64,000 nt of DNA from an uncultured Methanosarcinaceae archaeon. GTDB lineage: Archaea > Halobacteriota > Methanosarcinia > Methanosarcinales > Methanosarcinaceae. Under the pieces are notes generated by a model. That model searched no databases. It had not been told where the DNA came from and saw only the letters and a program-made list of their open reading frames with translations. The DNA lies in contig CAVSHT010000005.1 of NCBI GenBank assembly GCA_963727895.1, positions 320,001-384,000 of the forward strand, read 5' to 3'. Shown piece by piece: positions 36,221-48,063 of this stretch. The position numbers and the translations under genes are program-made. Each line of letters starts with the position of its first letter. Position 1 is the first letter of the stretch.

Positions 36221-37077
36221 GGTTCCGTTGCAAAAAATCTCAGAATAAGCATGTAAATCCATAATCAATAAACAAAAGTACAAATATTCAAAAAGATGTG
36301 TCAATATTATAGAACTATTCCAAATAATTGATTAATATATTTAGCTTCATTAAAGCCAGAGTAATTTAGGTTTTTGATTTGTCCTTTTTTAATCATATTC
36401 ATAGCTTCAATTCCTTTTAAAGTCTTAATAGCTGTGTTAAAAGACTGAAATCCTAACATTGGATTAACTATTCGTTTAATGGATCTATGATCTTGTTCTA
36501 TAATGTTATTCAAATACTTGATTTGTCGAATGCCTACGTTTATAGGTAGTATTTTATCATTTTTCAGTTTATCTATAGCAGGTGGATAAGCTGGATTTTT
36601 ATCAACTGTGATTACTCTTGGAATTTGATTATGATTAGAATTCAAAGCTTTCTTAAAGAAACGTTTTGCTGCTTTTTGATCTCGTTTTGCACTTAACATG
36701 AAATCAATTGTATCTCCATTTGAGTCAACTGCTCGGTAAAAATATTTCCATTTACCTTTAACTCTGATGTAAGTTTCATCAACTCTCCAAGAGTCGTTTG
36801 TTGGTCTTAAATGCCTTCTTACCTTCTTTTCGATTTCAGGAGAGTATTGATGTACCCATCTCATGATAGTACTATGATCAACTTCTACTCCCCTCTCTGC
36901 CATCATTTCCTCTAAATTTCTATAACTTACTGGATATTTTAGGTACCATCTGACGTTTAATAAAATGATTTCTCCTTCGTAATGTTTCCACTTAAAGGAA
37001 TTAGATAGCATATTATCGTTCTATTGATTTTCTTCTTATTCAATTGAATCCTTATTATGATTTTTTGCAACAGAACC
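36221..37077 (-). mobile_element. IS6-family element with intact 234-aa transposase (36307..37011)
   Basis: TIRs present. Full ORF MLSNSFKWKHYEGEIILLNVRWY...DETY...EQDHR. Confidence 0.96.
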
Positions 37078-39843
37078 TATTAATTTTAATTCGTAGCTCT
37101 CATTGATACCCTTCAACCTCTTTTCCAGCTTTTGTTTGATGATATTCTTGTCTTCTTCACTAATGAAGTCACATATCGATCTGTCAATACTTTCTTCTTT
37201 GTTGTAGCCAAGCATATCCACCATTTTTTTATTAACGTAAGTGACTATGCCTTCATCGTCAATTATGTATATGCCTTCGTTTGCGGTCTCCACGATATTG
37301 CGGTACTTTTCCTCACTTTCCCGAAGTTTTTCTTCTGCTTCTTTACTCTCGGTAATATCTCTGTAAATAACTGAGATAGCAGTCAGCTTTCCATAAATAT
37401 CAAAAATCGGAGAAATAGTTATTGAAACATTTATTATTGTACCATCCTTTCTTAATCGCAAAGTCTTATATTGCTGGACTTTTTCTCCTTGTTTAATCAG
37501 TTCAGCTAATTTATTTGTTTCTTCAAATAATGTACTTGGCTCCAAGATGGATATCGGCTTTCCGAGAATTTCCTTAGCTGAATAACCATAAACTTCCTCC
37601 GCTCCTTTACTCCAGCTTGTAATAATACCATAAAGAGATTCAGTTATAATAGCATCATTTGACGATTCCACAACATTTGCCAGGTTCCGGATTTTTTCCT
37701 CTGCTTTCTTAAACTCAGTAATGTCCTGAATTGTCCCCTTTATTTGAATAGGGATATTTTTTTCATCAAAAACAACTTCTCCTTGTTCATGGGCTATACG
37801 TTCTTTTCCATCGACTGAGATAATCCGAAAATCAATGCTATACGGCTTTCCTTTAAAAGCTTCCTTGGTGGCATTATCTATATAGTCTCTGTCATCGGGA
37901 TGTACATAGCTCAAAAACATATCATAAGTTACTTCGAATTCTTGAGGCTTAAGTCCAAAAATACGATAAACTTCATCAGACCAATATTTTTTAACAGTTG
38001 CAATATTCCATTTCCAGTTTCCAATATGAGCCATTTCTTGAGCTTCATCAAGATTTTTTTCACTCTGTTTCAATGAATCATAAGCCTTTTGAAGCTCTTC
38101 TGTACGTTCTTTAACTAATTTATCTAAATTGTCAAGAGTATCTTTCAGTTTAGCTTCTGCCTTCTTACGTTCAGTAATATCACGTGCAGCTGCAAAAACC
38201 CCAATAACTTCGCCATTCTCGTCTCTATAAACTGAAGCATTGTACAAAACAGGAGTTATATGTCCATCTTTATGATGAATCCATAGAGGATAATCTCTAA
38301 CTTCACCATCTCTAAACACCTGTTGATATCCTTTTCTGGCTTTCTTAGACTCAGTGAAGTAATCTGAAAAATCAGTCCCAATCAACTCATTTCTGGAATA
38401 TCCAGTAACCTGTTCTGTAGCACCATTTACATCCATAATTTTGCCGTCAGGTCCAATGGTTACTAAAGGATCCAAGCTGGTTTCAATAAGGCTACGGTTA
38501 TAAATATTTGATAATCTAAGAGCTTCTTCTGCTTTTTTGCATTCGGTGATGTCCTGCGTTGTGCCAAAACCACCGAGCAGTAAGCCGTCGTTGTCAAATT
38601 CAATGTATGCCTTTTCACGCACCCACTTGATCTTACCATCCGCGATGATGCGGTGCTCAACGTCATATGATTCTCCCACCAACTCAGCTTTCCATTTTGT
38701 ATCAACATCTTTCCTGTCATTTGGATAGATCGTTGAAAGAAAGATCTCATAGGTCAAAGGGACACCTTTTGGGATGTCAAAGATACAGTAAGTTTCGTCT
38801 GACCATGTCAATTCATTTTTACGCACATCCAAACGCCAGCTTCCGAGATTTCCTACGGCCTGGGCGCGGGCAAAGTCCTCTCGGATCTCTCGGAGCGTAT
38901 CCACTAGAGCATCGCGTTCCGCCAGCGATTTGACCAGCTTGATATTGCTATAACCTAGCTGTGAGACCATGTTGGCAAACGTCATAAGGAAGGACATACT
39001 TGTGTCCACAGCATCCCTGCTCAACCGCGGAACTTTTTCAAGCGCTGCTATATATTCTTCTTCATTGAAGCCGTACCTTCTAGCCCGGGATCGGAAAAGC
39101 TCATAATCTATTGGCTCGTCCTCGTAAAAGAACTGCCCTGCAATAATATTACCGACGTGCTGATCATTTACTATGATGGGAGTCACTATATCCCACATAT
39201 TGTTCATGCACTTGTATCGTTTAATCTCTCCTGGAAAAATTACCGAGGACAGTATTTTGTTGCTTTCAAGGCATTGCTTGCAGGTATCTGGATGAACTCT
39301 CTGGAATTTTGTACATATATCCTGCCATCCGATGCCTACTAGAGTCTTGCCATTGATATCGTCTAGAGCCATGGAAATATGAGAAAGCTTATAAAAGTCA
39401 TTCATAAGTGACTGGATTACATGGATATCAATGATATCGATAAGTTCCAAGTTTGCCATCTCCCCAGCTTCACTTTTCTGAAGTTTTCCTTCAAGCTTTT
39501 TCTGGTCACTTATATCGAATCCATAGATGGTTACACATTCTTTTTCTGATGAAGGGTAAAATGTAAGCAAGTATACTATTTTTCCTACTTTAATTTCCAT
39601 CTTTTTGAGGTTGTTTTGGTAAATTACCCTTTGAACGAAATCTCCGATATATGAAGGTAATTTTTCTCCGACTTTCACGTCCCATTCGTGTAATAAGGGC
39701 TCACTTGCTCCATTTGAGTAAAAAATTGTCCCATCATTTCCCACATTAAGCACAGGATTTTGGTTCTTTGCTGGAAATTGCTCAATTTTCTTCATTTTTT
39801 CCCTTAAGGATCTTTTTCTTTGATGGTATTTCTTTAACGGCAA
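37078..39843 (-). pseudogene. PocR plus multi-PAS sensor, C-terminal output domain removed by IS6
   Basis: PocR segment (WQDICTKF, YKCMNNMWD, GQFF) and repeated PAS/PAC (DITERKKAE). The ORF reads into the IS6 TIR. Confidence 0.85.
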
Positions 39844-40206
39844 TATGTCTTATTTAAAAGCAGTGAAAATAGATTAACACTTTAATTGTTAGATTATTAT
39901 TTATTTCACTATATTATATATCATAGAATTATATCTAGGGTTAAATCTCAAGTTATTAAATGGTTAAATTTATTCTTAGACAGTTAAACTTTTGGTACAA
40001 TTGATTTTTCAGTTCAATCCCTTAAGTCCTAATGTAATAATTTTCTCGAGATTACTTTATCTTAAAATTTATACAATGTTAGTTATTACCTGATTGCTCG
40101 ATTTTTTATGGGAATCGATTGGTATAAATATTATATCATCCACAGATGCATCATTTACCGATATATCGCTAGACGATATTTTGGGGTGAGAATTACGGAA
40201 AAAAAG

Positions 40207-40632
40207 ATGTGTACAGAGGCCAGGCGAGCTTTTCTCAAGTATATCGTGCTGAAACTTATTAAAGAGAAACCTACTCATGGCTATGATATCATCAAGACGA
40301 TAGAACTTCGTTCAAATGGGCGCTGGACTCCGAGTGCAGGTTCTATCTACCCAATCCTGGAGAAACTTGAATCAAAAGGTTTTATTCAGAGTGAGGGGAT
40401 TGAACGCAAGAAGGTATACACAATTACCCCCAAAGGAGTGACAGGGTTGGATCGTATGACACAGGAAAAGCTGGAACTTCTGAACGAAATGTCCCGGATC
40501 GTTAACAATGTGATTGAAGGTAATGATAATAGTGATGCCGACGAGAAGGCCGGCGATATCCAGGATGTTATACAGAAATTTGAGACGGCACACGACTGTG
40601 ATTTCCATAATCAAAAAAACGAAACTGATTAA
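40207..40632 (+). CDS. PadR-family transcriptional regulator
   Basis: Motifs [33 protein letters not shown]. Confidence 0.9.
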   Translation: MCTEARRAFLKYIVLKLIKEKPTHGYDIIKTIELRSNGRWTPSAGSIYPILEKLESKGFIQSEGIERKKVYTITPKGVTGLDRMTQEKLELLNEMSRIVNNVIEGNDNSDADEKAGDIQDVIQKFETAHDCDFHNQKNETD

Positions 40633-40648
40633 AATAGAAGGTACTAAA

Positions 40649-42460
40649 TTGACTAAATATATTAATTTGACAGATAAAGTAGCCGCGGGCAGATCTGGGA
40701 AGAATATTGCTTATAAATGGGTTGCACTGTTCAATGTTACCCTGGCATCATTAATGGGCTCTGTCAACGGCAGTATCATCCTGATTTCTCTGCCCGCGAT
40801 ATTCAAAGGCATTCAAATGGACCCAACGGATCCTGGTGCATTTCAGTACCTTCTGTGGCTCCTTATGGGCTTTGGTTTGATCACGTCTACACTGCTACTC
40901 ACTATCGGTCGGCTGGCAGACATGTATGGCCGAATAAAACTCTTTCGGCTGGGCTTCCTGATATTCGCCATCGGTTCAACCCTGCTTTACCTGACGCCTG
41001 GTACAGGCAACACTGGTGCACTGGAACTAATTATTTTTAGGCTCATACAGGCCGTGGGAAGTGCATTCACCATAGCAAACGGTTCAGCCATTATTACGGA
41101 TGCGTTTCCAGCCAGTGAAAGGGGCAAGGCACTCGGAATAAACATGGTTGCCTTTATGTCCGGCCAGTTCATTGGCTTGCTGCTGGGTGGCATACTGGCG
41201 ACATACAACTGGCGCTATGTGTTCCTGGTCAATATCCCCTTTGCCGTCCTTGGAACGATGTGGTCTTACTGGAAGATGAAGGATATCTCATTTCGGGCTT
41301 CCAAGACCAGTCTCGATATTGTGGGCAATTTACTATTTGTCGGTGGACTGACCTCACTTTTAGTCGGCGTCACTTATGGCCTGATGCCGTACAAACATGA
41401 TGGTATCACCGATGCCATGGGCTGGAGCAACCCTTTGGTAATAGCGGCTTTAGGTATCGGAATAGTGTTGTTGATAACTTTCCCATTCGTCGAGAGCAAG
41501 GTGAAGAACCCGATGTTTAAGCTGGAGTTCTTTAGGATCAGGGCCTTTGCCTACGGATGTCTCGCCAGCTTCACTGCAGCTATTGCTCGAGGCGGTGCCA
41601 TGTTTATGCTTATTCTTCTGCTGCAAGGGATTTGGCTGCCACTTCACGGTTACCGCTTTGAGGACACGCCTTTATGGGCAGGTATCTACATGCTTCCCAT
41701 GACTCTAGGTTTTATGATCATGGGACCAATTTCCGGGATGCTCTCAGACAAGTATGGGCCTCGGTGGATAGCTACTGCCGGGATGACTATTGTGGCACTG
41801 GTCTTCGTCGGGCTCTCGCTGCTTCCATATAACTTCGATTATTGGGAGTTGGGAGTACTGATCTTCTTCATGGGTATTGGCAATGGTATGTTCGCTTCTC
41901 CTAACAGCTCATCGATAATGAATTCTGTACCTCCTCAGAATCGGGGTGTAGCTTCGGGCATGCTGTCCACACTGGGGAACTCGGCCAGTACGCTGAGTAT
42001 GTCCGTGTTCTTCACCATCGTAATAGTGGGCATTCAGAAAGCTTTCCCGGGTGCGGTACACAACTCGTTTGCTAGCCTTGGATCTGCACAGGTTGCACCT
42101 GCTTTGCAACAGCTTGCGAATCAACTAGCAACAATGTCGCCTACAAATGCGTTGTTCTCTGCTTTTCTGGGTTATAATCCAATGAGCTCTATTCTGAAAT
42201 CTATGGATTCGAGTATCGTCAGTTCAATACCGCAACAAATCGTGACCACACTGACAAGCAACTATTGGTTTCCACAGACACTTCAACAGGCGTTTATGCC
42301 AGCGCTGCGGATTTCGTTCATAATCGGAGCTGTACTCTGCGGCATAGCTGCGGTACTGTCCGCGATGAGGGGACAACGGTATGTGTACGAGACTCACGAT
42401 TCAGGCAACGATATTAGCAAAGTTGATCTTGCAGTAGAAAGAGAAGAAATGCGGATTTGA
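40649..42460 (+). CDS. MFS efflux transporter (DHA2 / EmrB-QacA-like)
   Basis: Motifs [28 protein letters not shown] and about 14 TM segments. Confidence 0.9.
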   Translation: MTKYINLTDKVAAGRSGKNIAYKWVALFNVTLASLMGSVNGSIILISLPAIFKGIQMDPTDPGAFQYLLWLLMGFGLITSTLLLTIGRLADMYGRIKLFRLGFLIFAIGSTLLYLTPGTGNTGALELIIFRLIQAVGSAFTIANGSAIITDAFPASERGKALGINMVAFMSGQFIGLLLGGILATYNWRYVFLVNIPFAVLGTMWSYWKMKDISFRASKTSLDIVGNLLFVGGLTSLLVGVTYGLMPYKHDGITDAMGWSNPLVIAALGIGIVLLITFPFVESKVKNPMFKLEFFRIRAFAYGCLASFTAAIARGGAMFMLILLLQGIWLPLHGYRFEDTPLWAGIYMLPMTLGFMIMGPISGMLSDKYGPRWIATAGMTIVALVFVGLSLLPYNFDYWELGVLIFFMGIGNGMFASPNSSSIMNSVPPQNRGVASGMLSTLGNSASTLSMSVFFTIVIVGIQKAFPGAVHNSFASLGSAQVAPALQQLANQLATMSPTNALFSAFLGYNPMSSILKSMDSSIVSSIPQQIVTTLTSNYWFPQTLQQAFMPALRISFIIGAVLCGIAAVLSAMRGQRYVYETHDSGNDISKVDLAVEREEMRI

Positions 42461-43186
42461 TATTTGAAAACTGGGCAAGAGTCATTGCAACACAGCACGC
42501 ATGAGAAACTGGAAATACGGAAGACAAACACAGAAACAAAGCTCGGTATCTTTTGAAAAATGGTTCCTGTAAGGAACCAGAAAATGTAAAAAGAATGGCG
42601 CAAAATTTGAATTTTTTGAACCTTGAATGGTTAAAATTATGTGGCCGGGAAAATATGCAATATTCAGGACAAAAGAGGAATTTGAAAGAATACAAAAAAC
42701 TACTTCTCTAAATCCTCCTTTTGATTATTTTTAGAAATAATGATATATTGTGTTCCTGTAATTGCTGGAAAATTGAAGGAGTTAAAAAACAATGGTAGAT
42801 GACTAATTTGAGGATTCTAAGCCTCTAGATCCTAATACTCTCAACTATATAAGAATAAAAATGTTACAAAGAATAAGGCATGCAGTTGATGAAGGACTTG
42901 TAAATACTTCTGATTTTCATTTAACCGAAGTTATGATTGATCTCAAAACTTTGCTTAAAGATGTAGAAACGGAAATAACTAACAGGGGATTAGAGTTTAA
43001 AAAATGAATTCAAAACCTTCACTTGATATGTGTTTTTTTATATGTTTCAGAAATTCCATGAGCTCTATAGGTTCCATACGTCAAATAACAGCAATTTTTA
43101 AAGATAAAACAGGGGTTCCGTTGCAAAAAATCTGGCGATTTTACAAAACAAATGAAAACCTTTACAATTAGGGAAGTTAATTATTT

Positions 43187-43924
43187 GATATTGTTATCTA
43201 AATATATCTAGTTATTTATTTCTGTATTTCATCAATAGAATAACCGAGTACTTTAGCATTTCAAGACTCTTCGTATAACACTTTGTCTTTCTTCTCAATC
43301 TTGCCAGAAAGTGCCTCAATATGCTGTTATATCCCTCAACTGTAAATGTTTCTGCTTTTGATTGAGTATGACTCTTTTCTGGAAGAAACTCTGCATATGC
43401 TCTCCAGTGATCTGTCATTACTTCTCCAATCTCTTTTTTCTTCACTTTTTCCCAGAGTAGTTTTCCAGTTTCTGTTCCTCTGCTACCAAAAGAGCAGTTG
43501 ATGAACTTTTTCCCAACTCTATCAACAGCAATCCAGATCCAGCAATATTTTTTTTGTTACCGATGTAAGTGTGCATTTCATCCATTTCAACAATAGATAT
43601 CTCATTTTCACTTTTTAGGTCCTCTAACTCCTGACCAAATTTCTTTATCCATCTTTGGACAGAAACATGACTCACCCCTAAAAATCGTCCTATTGAACGA
43701 AAGCCCAATCCTTCAAGATAGAGTTGTAAAGCCTGTCTTTTTACAAAAGCGGAAAAAGCAGTTGATTTTAGCTCTACTGTATAGTTATAGCCACAATCAG
43801 AGCATTTGTACCGTTGACGCCCGCCAACTATACCGTTCTTTTTGTGACTGGAACTATTGCATCTGGGGCAGTTCATAAAGAAATATATGTTATAAGCATA
43901 TGTATCTATTTTTTTACCAATGCC
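43187..43924 (-). mobile_element. IS1-family element (A8 frameshift form)
   Basis: InsA 43442..43876 (MNCPRC...CSDC), InsB 43212..43445 and terminal repeats. Confidence 0.93.
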
Positions 43925-44289
43925 AGATGTTTTACTCTAAAAAGGGCAAATTTTGTCTGTCTGTCTGGTCCTCTCAGACGCATGTCTAGCTAATAATAGA
44001 TAACAATACATGTTTTTCTACTGATGCTGATTTTGGCAGAGCAGACACTAAAATGAGATAATAAGTATAAATGTATAAAATAAGTAGACGCATATTGTTT
44101 ATACAGCCATAACAGGTTAAAGGCTGTCTGAGATACAGAGTTGTATTTACGTATCCTCTTCAAATTTGATGGGTTTTCAATCACAGAAAAAATGTATTAG
44201 TTGTTCCATTTACCCATATTCATATTTTGGAGAACAAAAATGGATCTTAGAGCTCTTGAACAATTGCTGTTATCACTGAACATCTATCC

Positions 44290-44415
44290 GGTTCCGTTGC
44301 AAAAAATATCTGCTAGGAATATAATAAAATAAAAAGGAAATTAAAGATCGCGACATACTATCTAATTCCTTTTTATTTTATTATATTCCTAGCAGATATT
44401 TTTTGCAACGGAACC
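44290..44415. mobile_element. 126-bp IS6-derived palindromic MITE (two left ends)
   Basis: Inverted arms of about 50 bp beginning GGTTCCGTTGCAAAAAATATCTGCTAGGAATATAAT. Confidence 0.85.
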
Positions 44416-45020
44416 GTTATAACTATACAGTAGAGCTAAAATCAACTGCTTTTTCCACTTCTGTAAAAAGACAGGCTTTACAACTTTACCTTGAAGGATT
44501 GGGCTTTCGCTCAATAGGGCAGTTTTTAGGGGTAAGTCATGTTTCTGTCCAAAAATGGATAAAGAAATTTGGTCAGGAGTTAGAGGCTCTAAAAAGCGAA
44601 AATGAGATATCTATTGTTGAAATGGATGAAATGCACACTTACATCGGTAACAAAAAAAATATTGCTGGATCTGGATTGCTGTTGATAGAGTTGGGAAAAA
44701 GTTTATCAACTGCTCTTTTGGTAGCAGAGGAACAGAAACTGGAAAACTACTCTGGGAAAAAGTGAAGAAAAAAGAGATTGGAGAAGTGATGACAGATCAC
44801 TGGAGGGCATATGCAGAGTTTATTCCAGAAAAGATCCATACTCAATCAAAAGCAGAAACATTTACAGTTGAGGGATATAACAGCATATTGAGGCATTTCC
44901 TGGCAAGATTGAGAAGAAAGACAAAGTGTTATACAAAAAGTCTTGAAATGCTAAAGTACTCGGTTATTATATTGATGAAATACAGAAATAAAGAACTAGA
45001 TATATTTAGTTACCAATACC
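44416..45020 (+). mobile_element. IS1-family element, 5'-truncated
   Basis: Begins at YNYTVELKST and ends CAATACC. Confidence 0.9.
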
Positions 45021-45303
45021 GAAAATTGCTCATTGAATTTGATAGGACTTATGCAGTTGCCTACTTTACAGGCAACTTTCGAGTTTTTACTTTTTAAGCT
45101 AATTTATATATTTCTAATAACTCGATTTATAGTATTTTTTGTATTTCTCAATTTTAGGTCGTGCACTAACTAGGTGGTTGATATTTATCTTTGAGCATCT
45201 TTGATTTAGAGCCTCCGAAAAGCGTTGTAAACTACGATCTCAAAAATTGACAGTTCAATCAGAACTGATTCTGGGTGTTACAAATTTATTGTAACAATGA
45301 CTA

Positions 45304-45663
45304 TTATTCACTTACCCACACTTTTGCTTTATCAATTTCACTATTACTAAAAACTTTCACTTGAACAGGAATGATAAATTTGAATACGTTAACAGAATCA
45401 TTTATCCAGTGAACATCAGAAACAACTACAACTTTTTCAAATGAAAGTGTATGCCACGAGACTTTTGCATCTTCTAAGTAAGCATCGGGTGCATAATGTA
45501 CAAAGTCCTTTTTCAATTGATAGAGCATGCGAATCTTTTTGTGTCTTTGCAGTTTGTCTTTCATTGCAGGAATTAGTACAGTGTCATAGTCTTCTCCTGT
45601 TATTGTTCCACTACCCACAATACCCAGAACATTGTCGGGCAAACCTTGAATAAGTTCCATCAT
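45304..45663 (-). CDS. SpoIIAA-like (STAS/SEC14) protein
   Basis: Motifs GTITGEDY, FEKVVVVSDVHWI, VKVFS...AKVWV. Confidence 0.8.
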   Translation of the reverse strand: MMELIQGLPDNVLGIVGSGTITGEDYDTVLIPAMKDKLQRHKKIRMLYQLKKDFVHYAPDAYLEDAKVSWHTLSFEKVVVVSDVHWINDSVNVFKFIIPVQVKVFSNSEIDKAKVWVSE

Positions 45664-46077
45664 ACTATTATCTCCAAATTAAAGTTAAATATTCCTGCTC
45701 ATTGATCCAAACCTTTTCCTTGTAAGTTCATCTTGCTAAAAAGGCTTACATGAATATAAACCATAAGTTAGATCATCCATCATTACAAAGTTTATGCTTT
45801 GAGGATTAAGTTTCCAGCGAGACTAAAGTTTGTATTTTCATGCATCTAAACAGGTTTGCTATAGCTTCACATAATTACAGAAAAAAAGTATGAATATAAC
45901 ATTAAAAGCTTTTTGAAAATAGCTTTGACCAATTAATAGAAGAAGATTAGATAGTTAAAGGCAAGATAAAAGTTTTATTCTTTTATCTATGACTTTCTTT
46001 TCAGAATATTCGGCTGAGGTCACTGTTTATCCAGCATCTTTGATATCAGCGACCTGCAGCTCTATACTTAAGATATC

Positions 46078-46188
46078 TTACTTTCCTTTCTTTCCAGGCT
46101 TTTTTAGTTTATGTTCTGATGCTTTATTTGATGCGGCTTTCGTGCAATTACCTGGATTTATTACCGGTTTGGTTGCTTTCTCAGTCAT
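46078..46188 (-). CDS. Putative 36-aa Lys-rich peptide
   Basis: AGGAG upstream; MTEKATKPVINPGNCTKAASNKASEHKLKKPGKKGK. Confidence 0.3.
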   Translation of the reverse strand: MTEKATKPVINPGNCTKAASNKASEHKLKKPGKKGK

Positions 46189-46989
46189 GTTTATCTCCTA
46201 CATTTATTGGTTGATTAAAGTCCGGTAATGGGCGTGAGTTGTTGAAAAAAGTAAGCGCAAGAATACTTCTCCACTTTTTTGAAATATGGGGAGAATACTC
46301 TCTTTTTTGTAAGTGATCAATAACCCCCGCACACGACCAAAACTTCTATACTCAATATATTGAATGTACTTTAACAGATATATAAATTTGTGTATGTTGG
46401 GGGTTATGAGATTTGGACTTACTGGGTTTCATTGACTCATAATTACAGTTACAATTTAAAATAAGTAGTCCCACCTCAGAACAGTATAACTCTTATTTAT
46501 TTTCAATATTGTCCCTGTATGCAGACCTAATCAGCTGGGTCTTACTTCACACGCCCATTCTCTTACTATTATAGTTCTTTCCATCCTCCATTTTCTCTCC
46601 CTGACCATCTTCTTCTCTAATTGCACTTCGACAACCTCTTGTAACCTGAAATAGTCCTGATTTGTTTGTAAGTGAGAAATTTCAGAAAGAATTGAGTAGG
46701 CGCTTGAAAGTCCTGAGAGTCACCCAGGGTTCACTTAATATAATAGTATTGAAAATAATAATTAAGTAACTAAAAAGAATTTTGTGTCCATAAGTGATAA
46801 AAAGTTAGCGAGTCTCTTTCTAAAAACAGTAGCTAATTAAACAAAAAAGAAATTTATTTCATGATATTATGAGCGATGTTCCAAACAAAAAAATCAAAAT
46901 CGTAGATAAAATACTTTAAAGATTAAGGTATTATTTCATTAGATATCAGTAAAAAAATAATCAAAGGGAGACGAGTTAGCTGGATATTT

Positions 46990-48035
46990 ATGACGGATTA
47001 ATCGCCAGTCGCTGGAAAATCGGAGCAGCCTTGGCTGTAGCGTTGCTTCTGTACTTTTCTTTTCTAATTCTGCTGCCCCTGGCAGACGGAATTGTACTTG
47101 GCATAGTCTTTGCTTACATTGCCAGACCCATCAAGATGAGATTCAAAAAGCATAAAAAAACTGGGGCACTTGCGGCCAGTATGTGTATATTCATCCCAAT
47201 AGTATTCATTGTCGGGGCAGGAATTGTTGAAATTATTAATCAGGTCTCCTGGATTATTAGTAATCAGACCGCAGTCGCGGCAGCCGTTCTGAATTTCATA
47301 AATTCTCTGAACATTCCAGATAAAGTTATAGAAAATGTTAATTCCGCCATCTGGGATCTATTTACCTCGCTGCTCCCTGCAGTAGGACGCATAGGGGTTT
47401 TTTCATATGCTCGAGGAATTGGTCTTTTTGTCGTTAATTTCATAGTTTCGATCATTTTTTGTTTTTATATACTTGCGGATGGTGACAGGCTTTACTTTGC
47501 TTTTCTTGGTGTGATTCCAAAAGAGTATAAGGGAGTTGTAAACCGTTATGCATGTCATCTGGATCTAATTCTTAGAGGAATTTTCATAGGTACTGCTTAC
47601 TCTTCACTTATAGTAAGTGTGACTTCAGTTTTTGTATTCTATGCATTTGGGTTTCCACATGCACTGGCACTTGCAACTCTTATCTTCATAGCCTCGGTAA
47701 TTCCTCTTTTTGCCGGATACATGGTGCTTGTGCCTCTAGCTTTAATGCGTTATATAGAATCAGGGTTTGAAAGTGCAGCATTTTTCTTTGTGGTCTCTTC
47801 TCTCATTATTTATGGGCCTCCCGAACTTATACTCAAACCTTACCTTGCTGGCATGAAATCTAAAATTCATCCGATGCCGCTCATTCTTGCCTTCCTGGGT
47901 GGAGCTTTTGTCGGAGGAATTGCTGGCTTTTTTGCAGCTCCAATTCTTTTGGGAGCCCTGGTTGCAGCTTACAGGGTTTATCAAGAACAAACAATAGCGG
48001 ATGACGAGTTTATACAAAAATTACAAATATCTTGA
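46990..48035 (+). CDS. AI-2E family transporter (possible 1-nt deletion just after ATG; 3' end possibly replaced by the element)
   Basis: Motifs LKPYLAG..SKIHP and LAFLGGAFVGGIAGFFAAPILLG. ATGACGGATTA would read MxGLIASRWK with one added base. Confidence 0.85.
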
Positions 48036-48063
48036 GCCCCACTATATAACCGGAGGTTATATT

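Noticed and set aside
42792..43006. Small ORF with an SD and a TAA at codon 5
   Set aside because: Possibly a pseudogene, but it has no recognisable family.
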